Assembly: GCA_039621445.1 (NCBI GenBank) | Contig: CP154954.1 | Coordinates: forward strand, 39,455,816 to 39,519,815 | Reading direction: 5' to 3' | DNA length: 64,000 nucleotides | Source of the DNA: Euglena gracilis | Lineage: Eukaryota | Shown: positions 57,398-64,000 of the stretch, piece by piece | Position numbering within the stretch: the stretch's first letter is position 1 | Layout of the letters: the number at the start of each line of letters is the position of its first letter | Made by a program: the position numbers and the translations under genes | The notes under the pieces: model-generated | What the model saw: only the letters and a program-made list of their open reading frames with translations | Databases searched by the model: none | Told to the model about the DNA's origin: nothing

Positions 57398-59207
57398 GGC
57401 AGGTCCCAACTATACGACCCGCCGGTCAGATAGTTGGGAGCGGGGGGGGGGGTCGTATGGTGGGACCCAGGTCCGACCTTTCGGAAGAAGTCGGGGCTTT
57501 GATTGGAATAGGGTCAGGGTTCCGGCCGGCGGGCCGTAGGGCACCCATTTTTGGGAAGTTAGGGAGAAGTTAGGCCGCATTCTGGACGAATTTGGGCCGA
57601 ATTTAGGCCAAATTCAGGCAAATTTTGGGCAAAATTTTGGACGAAGATGCTTTTTCAAAAATCTTCCGAAATGAGGACCTAACCTCTGGCCTAACTTACT
57701 CCCTAAATTTGACTGATTCTTGGCACGCCAATCCTAACCCTAACCCTATTCCTAAAAGTCAGCAGGAACCCTCCCCGAATCCGCCACCGGTTGCTGGGAA
57801 ACCGCGCGTTTTCCCGGCGTCGTGGGACCGAAAAGTCAAAAAAAGTGGGACTTGGGTCCCACCATGCCCCCCCCCCCCCCACTCCCAACTATCCGACCCG
57901 CGGGTCGTACAGTTGGGAGCTGCCATTTGGAGCTGGTGGAAGAACCGGAAGGATGACGTTTTTTGTGCCGCCACTGCGTCCTTTTTTTTGTTACCGACTG
58001 GTGATGTTTATTGCAAGTGCCACAAGTACTGCGGCACCAAAGAGAAAACCTGTTGTTTTTTCCACACTGCAGTGTGGCCACAAACTTTTTTGTGCCACCT
58101 CCACGATGGCAAAAATAAGTAAAAATGGCAGCCCGAAACTACTGGGCCCCCCCGGGGGGCCAGTAGTTAATCCGGGGGTCAAAATAGTTTTTTTGCGTTA
58201 ATGATGGAATAGGGTTAGGTGCGCGACTTAGGGTTAGGGTTAGGCCTAACTTATAGACGGGTGTTCGGTGTACAAGTTAGGCCTAACCTTAACCCTAAAT
58301 CGCGCACATAACCCTATTCCATCATTAACGCAAAAAAACTATTTGACCCCTGGATTAACTACTGGGCCCCCCGGGGGGAGGGCCAGTAGTTTCGGGCTGC
58401 CGTAAAAATTTACACACCTTCCCACCCCCTTTGTCCCCGACACGGCTGGTCTATGACACACCGCCCAGATCAACTGCATTTTTCCCGCACCCAAAATGCC
58501 GTTTTCTTTGCACATGACATGGCGGTTTCCCGGCAACCGGTGGCAGATTCGGGGAGGGTTCCTGCTGAATTTTAGGAATAGGGTTAGGGTTAGGAGGCAG
58601 CTCCCAACTCCATGTCCCCCCCAGGGGGGGCCATATAGTTGGGAGCAGGGGGGGGGGGTGGTTGCGTTAATGATGGAGTAGGGTCAGGTGCGCGACTTAG
58701 GCTTAGGGTTAGGCCTAACTTGTACACCGAACACCCGTCTATAAGTTAGGTCTAACCCTAACCCTAAGTCGCGCACCTTACCCTACTCCATCATTAACGC
58801 AAAAAAAGCTATTCTGACCCCCCCCTCCCCACTATATGCCCCCCCCTGGGGGGGGCCCTATAGTGGGGAGCTGCCGGTTAGGATTGGCGTGCCAAGAATC
58901 AGTCAAATTTAGGGAGTAAGTTAGGCCAGAGGTTAGGTCCTCATTTCGGAAGATTTTTGAAAACACATTTCGCCCGAAATTTGCCTGAATTTGGCCTAAA
59001 TTCGGCCCAAATTCGTCCAGAATGCGGCCTAACTTCTCCCTAACTTCCCAAAAATGGGTACCCTGCGGCCCGCCGGCCGGAACCCTAACCCTATTCCAAT
59101 CAAAACCCTGACTTTCTTCGAAAGGTCGGACCTGGGTCCCACCATACGATCCCCCCCCCCCCGACTCCCAAGTATCTGACCCGTCGGCCGTATAGTTGGG
59201 AGCTGCC
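57398..59207. mobile_element. Cluster of foldback elements with GGCAGC...GCTGCC ends and short TTAGGG runs
   Basis: 57398-57739 is the inverted repeat of 58876-59207; internal hairpins at ~58127-58401 and ~58640-58803. Confidence 0.75.
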
Positions 59208-60189
59208 AAAACGTTATATACTCCGCCGCGACGCAACTGCCGTGGCACACTTACTTCAAATGATTGTCTGTGCCGCGCGGCGGCGGGTGTCTGTCTGCGT
59301 TTTTCCTGCGGATCAGGCAGGCGGGTTGCCCCTCATGTGCGGAAGCTCCGCTGTTCGCCGCTGGGCAGCCTCGGTGCATCGACCCCCCGGCCCCTTTGGC
59401 CCTGGCCCTGCCCTCCTTGTGCCCCTGACCTCTGCTCTGGCTGTTTGTCACGTTGTTTAGCCATCCCAGCCGCTTGCAGGCGACCTTCCGGTGGTGGGAG
59501 GGTTTCGAACGTGGCCAGCCCGATGTGGAAAGACAAGGCAACGTGTCTTTGTGTCTGTGTTGTGCAGTTCTGAGCCAATGTGACAACAGGTTCCTTTTCC
59601 CCGGTCTGGTTGTCTGACTGCCCACCAGGTCGGCCGCCTGTACACTCTCTCCTCCCTTGCCACGTGGCCCAAACGAAGTCGGAATGCCAGTCTCGTGGTT
59701 CGCCCTTCACCACGCCCAACATGTGCCTGTGTCTGACCCTTTCACCGCCCAGCAGTGGAATCATTACCCGCATTTCGTCTTAGTATGTGGCCGTTTCTTG
59801 GTGGTGGGTCGCTGCCCAAATGTCTGCGCTTTACCCTCCCCATGGGCACCGCAGTGCATCGATGTTGGGGGTCTACAAGATGGGTTGGCATGTCATTGGA
59901 GAGACAGCACCCCCCACCGCATGCCATATGCATGCCATCTTCCAACTCAGATTTCTGTGGATCGTCGTTGTAGATTTCCTTGCTGCACCCCCCCCCCCCC
60001 GCGCACCAAGATGGTGTGAAATGGCCCAACGACATCAAAGCAGACACCAGGGGCAGGGAGATATTCCGGTCTAAACCGGAATTACCGGAATAAAAGTGCC
60101 AGCCAACGGCTTGAAAATTCTGCAAGACATAAAGGCAATGAAGGTGGAGTTTAATGCATTTTCATGATTTTCCTCAGTCAACCTCATGT

Positions 60190-60788
60190 CAGATGGATTG
60201 GATGAAGAGGGTGGACCGTGGAACACCAATGAAGAAGTCAAGATCTTCCAAATGATAGGTGAGTGGGGCGAAATGTGCAAAAGCAATGACAGCTTCCAGG
60301 CAATTTCAGGATTTTCCCAAGGGAGTGTTTTGCATTTGTGAAGGATCAGACAATATGTGATGTATTTTTTTTGCGAGGTGGAAGTGCAGGTGAAAAGAAT
60401 CAACTTTGGCACAAAACACGTGGCTTCTGCCAAACATAAAGGTGTGAAAGGGGGTGCCTTCGCAAATGCACTGATGTGCACGGCACGTTCAGGTTTTTGT
60501 TCAATTTTAGTTTGGATTTTTTCCAGGTCTGCGTCTGATTTGCGAAAAGACCCAACGTTGACAAAATTGTTGAGCAAGCATGTCCAGGCCATCAAGGAAG
60601 CTTGCAAGACAGCAGAAAAACAGAAAACGGTTGTTTTGTTGTACGTGTTGTTTGATGGGTGGCTGGACTCCATTGGCAATGAGGTGTGCTCAAACACAGT
60701 TGGGCGAGGAGAAAAACGGTACGTGGTGGGTGTGTTTTCATGGAGTGCAAAGGGGCCAGCCGTGAGATCGAGCACAAGCAACTGGTGA
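60190..60788 (+). pseudogene. Remnant of a hAT-like (BED finger plus RNase H start) transposase
   Basis: FCEVEV..KR...KHVASAKHK is zinc-finger-like; VLFDGWLDSIGNEV..NTVG resembles the first catalytic Asp region. Confidence 0.5.
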
Positions 60789-62903
60789 AGTGGTTAATGA
60801 CATTTTATTCAATTTAGGCATCTGATACGACCCTTATAAGTGCACCCCCCAAAGGATCCGAATTTACCTCCCTAAAAAGTCGGCACCCCCCCAAAGGAGA
60901 AATCACTGTCATCTCAGGTTCGAAAAGGACACAACATTATCAGAATTGTCCTTCTCAGACCAAAATTTCAATTGTCCAAGCCCAAATACGACACATAATC
61001 ACTTGACGCATTGCTTGACATTGCAAGGAGGGGGAAAATTGAAAAAGAGTGGTGGAAAATTAAGCATTTTTGTGCTTTGTCCTGATAAGTGTGCAGTGCC
61101 CTGATAATTGCGCACCCCTTGGGGCCCAAAGCGTCCTTAAAATGTGGCCACCCGTGCACTTTTTAGGGGAGGGGGGTTTATTGGAATAGGGAAGTTGATT
61201 TTCGCTTCGCTGCTGAGTGACCCCATGATTGCGCGGGGACATTGCGCGATGAGTGCGGCATTTATGAGGTTTTTTTTTTAGTCCCGCACCTTGGAACAAG
61301 CAATTATCACTCGGCGGGACAATTTTTTGGGAAGAAAGAAAGAAAGCGATGCCAGGGACTTGCCTCAAGAGAAAACCCTGGGCGCGCCAATGTTTATCAG
61401 CTTATTTCTCCCGAAAAGGCAGGCATCTGCTGTGGTGTGCAGACCAGCATCACCAAGTGCAAAGTCTTAGGCGGCCTAATTCGCACTTAAGGATTTAACT
61501 TTTTATTTGCGCATATGCGCAAATCCCCCGGTTTTTTGATTCCGGCAGTGAAGGTCCGGGGGTTCAAGAGACATGCCGGCCAGCAGGGGCAAAAACGAAG
61601 CGATTTTTTGGTTTTGGCGGAGAGACCCCTGGGACTTTGACAAAAAACTGGCTTTTTTTGGGTGTCCAGAAATTTTATTTTGGGCCAAACCCCCGGGACC
61701 CTGCCCGCCCAAACGGAAAAAAAGTGAAAAAAGCACCTGGGGACCGGGACCCTGCCCGCCCCTGTGGTGACGCGGAGCCTTTTTTGGGAAAGCAAACTCG
61801 CCGGCAGTGTGTTCCCTCCCGGTGCCTCGGAGTGTGTGTGTGTGTACTTTTACCTTGGAGACTTGGGAATTTTTGATTGGTGAAGAAAGCAGGGGACAGG
61901 GTGGCAGGGCTCTGGGAGGGGTGCGGGTTGGGGGGTCCGGTGTGCAGGGGATAGGGGGAGGAGGGGTCCAGGGGTGCAGGGGTGACGGTGCAGGGGGTGT
62001 GCAGGGGTGGTGTGCGGCGGGCAGGGCGGTGGGGGTCAGGCGCCCGCAGGGGTTGTCAGTGGGGCGGGGTTGCCTGGGTGTGGAGGCTTGCGTGCGTGCC
62101 ACGCATTACTTTGCCCTTGCTGTTTTTTTTGAGTCACAAAACAGATAATTGATGTTGATGCGCGCAATTGCGCAAATAAAACGTACGACGGTGTGCGTGC
62201 CATGGGATGAGAGGGGTGCCAATGGAAGAACCACATGATTGAAAGAGATGGGGATGAAAAGACAGGAGGGGAAAGAAAAAAGGCCGACTGGCAAACAGAC
62301 CCCCGGCGGGCGGGGGTACACGCTGGCCGCCCGGGGCTGAACAGGAGGAGGGGGGCCGCCCCGCACTCCGCCGCGCGCTGGTTGTCAGTGGGGGGCGGTG
62401 CTTGAGGGGAGGGGTAATTATTTTTTTTTGAACACGGGCGAGAGGGGCAGCACGACACGAGAGGGGGGCTGAAGGGTCACGAGAGGGGGTGTGTCACACC
62501 AACCCAAAAAAAAAAAAAACAGAAGTCCACCTCCCTGCAGGGTAGAGGGCGTGGGGATGACGGTCAGCAGGGGGGCGGTGTACACGGACACCCATGGCGG
62601 TGGGGCACTGTCTCCCAACTGGCAGGCAAATAACAAAAAAACAAACTGTGCGTTTTACTTGCGCAAGTGCGCGCATCAACACCACTGATGAATTTTTTTT
62701 TCGAAATAAGAATTCTGAGAGGGGACAGACCATAGCCGAGAGGGGACTGAGAGGGGGAAACAAACTTGTAACTGTAACATTTGCGCAAATGCGCGCATCA
62801 AATGTGTTTTGTTAAAAAAAAACATGAGAAGCGGTGAATGGCGTGGGGAGGAGAACTGAAGAAAAAAAAAGAAGAAGGTGCTGAGACAGGCCCACAGCCA
62901 GTC

Positions 62904-64000
62904 TCACTTCTTGTGCTTGGTGAGCCGCTTGGCCAGGCTCTCCGAGGCGGCCGCCGGCTTGGCGCCGGGCTTGGGCAGCCCGCGGCGGACGGTGCTCCGG
63001 GGCGCCGCAGGCGGGGCGGTACGAGGCGGTGGCGGTGCCGGGGCCTCCTCCTCCTCGGACTCCTCCTCCTCGGACTCCGCCTCCTGCGTCGCCGCCGGTG
63101 CCGAGGCCGCCGCTGCCTGCGACGACGCTGCCTCCGCGGCCACCTTGGCCTTGGATGCCTCGACGATGTGCTTCATCGCCGGGTACTTCTTGGGGTCGAG
63201 GAGGTGGTACGACTTGGGGCCCTTCAGGCTTCAGGGCCTCCCCCGGGCCCGGGGGACGGATCAGTCCCGCCGCCTTCCACCGGGTGTCCTCCTTGGCTCC
63301 CTTGCCCTTGCCCTTGCCCTTGCCCTCCCCCTTCTTCTCCTCCCCCTGCTTCTCCTTCCACTTCTGGGGCACCGGCTTCCGGTACCCGGGGGTGATCTCC
63401 TCGATGGTGTCCTCCTCCTCTTCCTCTTCTCCCTGCTGCACTGGTGGGACCGCGGGAGCTTCGCTGGCGACTGCGGAGGAGGTGTCCGAGCTGTCACTGC
63501 TGCTGCTGCTGCTGCTGCTACTGTCCTCCTCCACCTCCTCCTCCTCCGGGTGGCGGCTGGGCTGGGCCACCGGCGGCGGCACGATGATGGGGCTGGCTCC
63601 GGGTTCGGGCGGGGTCAGCTCCGGGGTCTCCCGGCCGGGGGCGGTCATCTCCACGTCGCCCTCCTCCGGGCTGTCCACCGCCTCGGTCTCCTCCCGTCGG
63701 GGCTTGGGGGCTGGGGGCCTGCTGGGCCTCTTCTCCGGCTCCTTCTTCCGGCGCTTCTTCTTCCGGTCAGCCCCACCCTTCTGGCGCTCCTCCAGCTTCT
63801 GCAGGCGGCGCTGCTCCTGCCGGATCTTGGTCTGGCGGCGCCGCTCCTCGGCCTCCTTGGCCCTCGCCCCGCCTCCTCAGCGGCCAGGCGGAGCTTGTCC
63901 TGCAGGGCGGCGTTCTCCAGGGGGACCCAGAGGGCGTCCCCCCCTTCCAGGGCGGCCAGCAGGAGGGGCAGCATGGCGGAGGCGACGGGCCGGGGCAGGG
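62904..64000 (-). CDS. Long intronless, charged low-complexity ORF with two apparent frameshifts, probably element-encoded; may start beyond the window
   Basis: GC-rich coding-like frames join near 63865 and 63225: ...QDKLRLAAEE/AKEAEERRRQ...EEDSSSS...GKGKGK.../SYHLLDPKKYPAMKHIVE...KRLTKHKK*. Confidence 0.5.

Noticed and set aside
58228-58770. Telomere or chromosome-fusion site
   Set aside because: Only 2-3 TTAGGG units per run, embedded in repeated hairpin elements.

Overview
Eukaryotic, repeat-rich DNA with small GC-rich exons. It is most likely from a euglenid: conventional GT/GC-AG introns co-occur with non-conventional introns whose ends base-pair from intron position +4 and up to position -6. 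Three multi-exon + strand genes were reconstructed by hand. (1) A probable membrane-anchored permuted papain-fold (PPPDE/LRAT-like) enzyme, ~1.2-9.3 kb. (2) An RI/NLRC3-type LRR gene with eight 84-nt phase-1 exons that appears to splice in frame into a duplicated Vti1 SNARE motif lacking a TM anchor, 15.8-44.0 kb. (3) An intact Vti1-like Qb-SNARE with a C-terminal luminal extension, 48.9-54.5 kb. Most remaining sequence is mobile DNA: many CAGG(G)...(C)CCTG MITEs with 8-bp target-site duplications (TSDs), hAT transposase remnants, two copies of a 3.4-kb TIR element with 5-bp TSDs and dispersed TGCGCAnnTGCGCA palindromes, a rearranged DD37E Tc1-like element, foldback repeats and microsatellites. 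Main finding: several non-conventional introns are hAT-type MITEs inside coding exons. Removing 3 nt before the left TIR plus 5 nt after the right TIR deletes exactly one 8-bp TSD copy and restores the reading frame, which suggests an intron-generating transposon system. All gene models are manual and have no transcript support.
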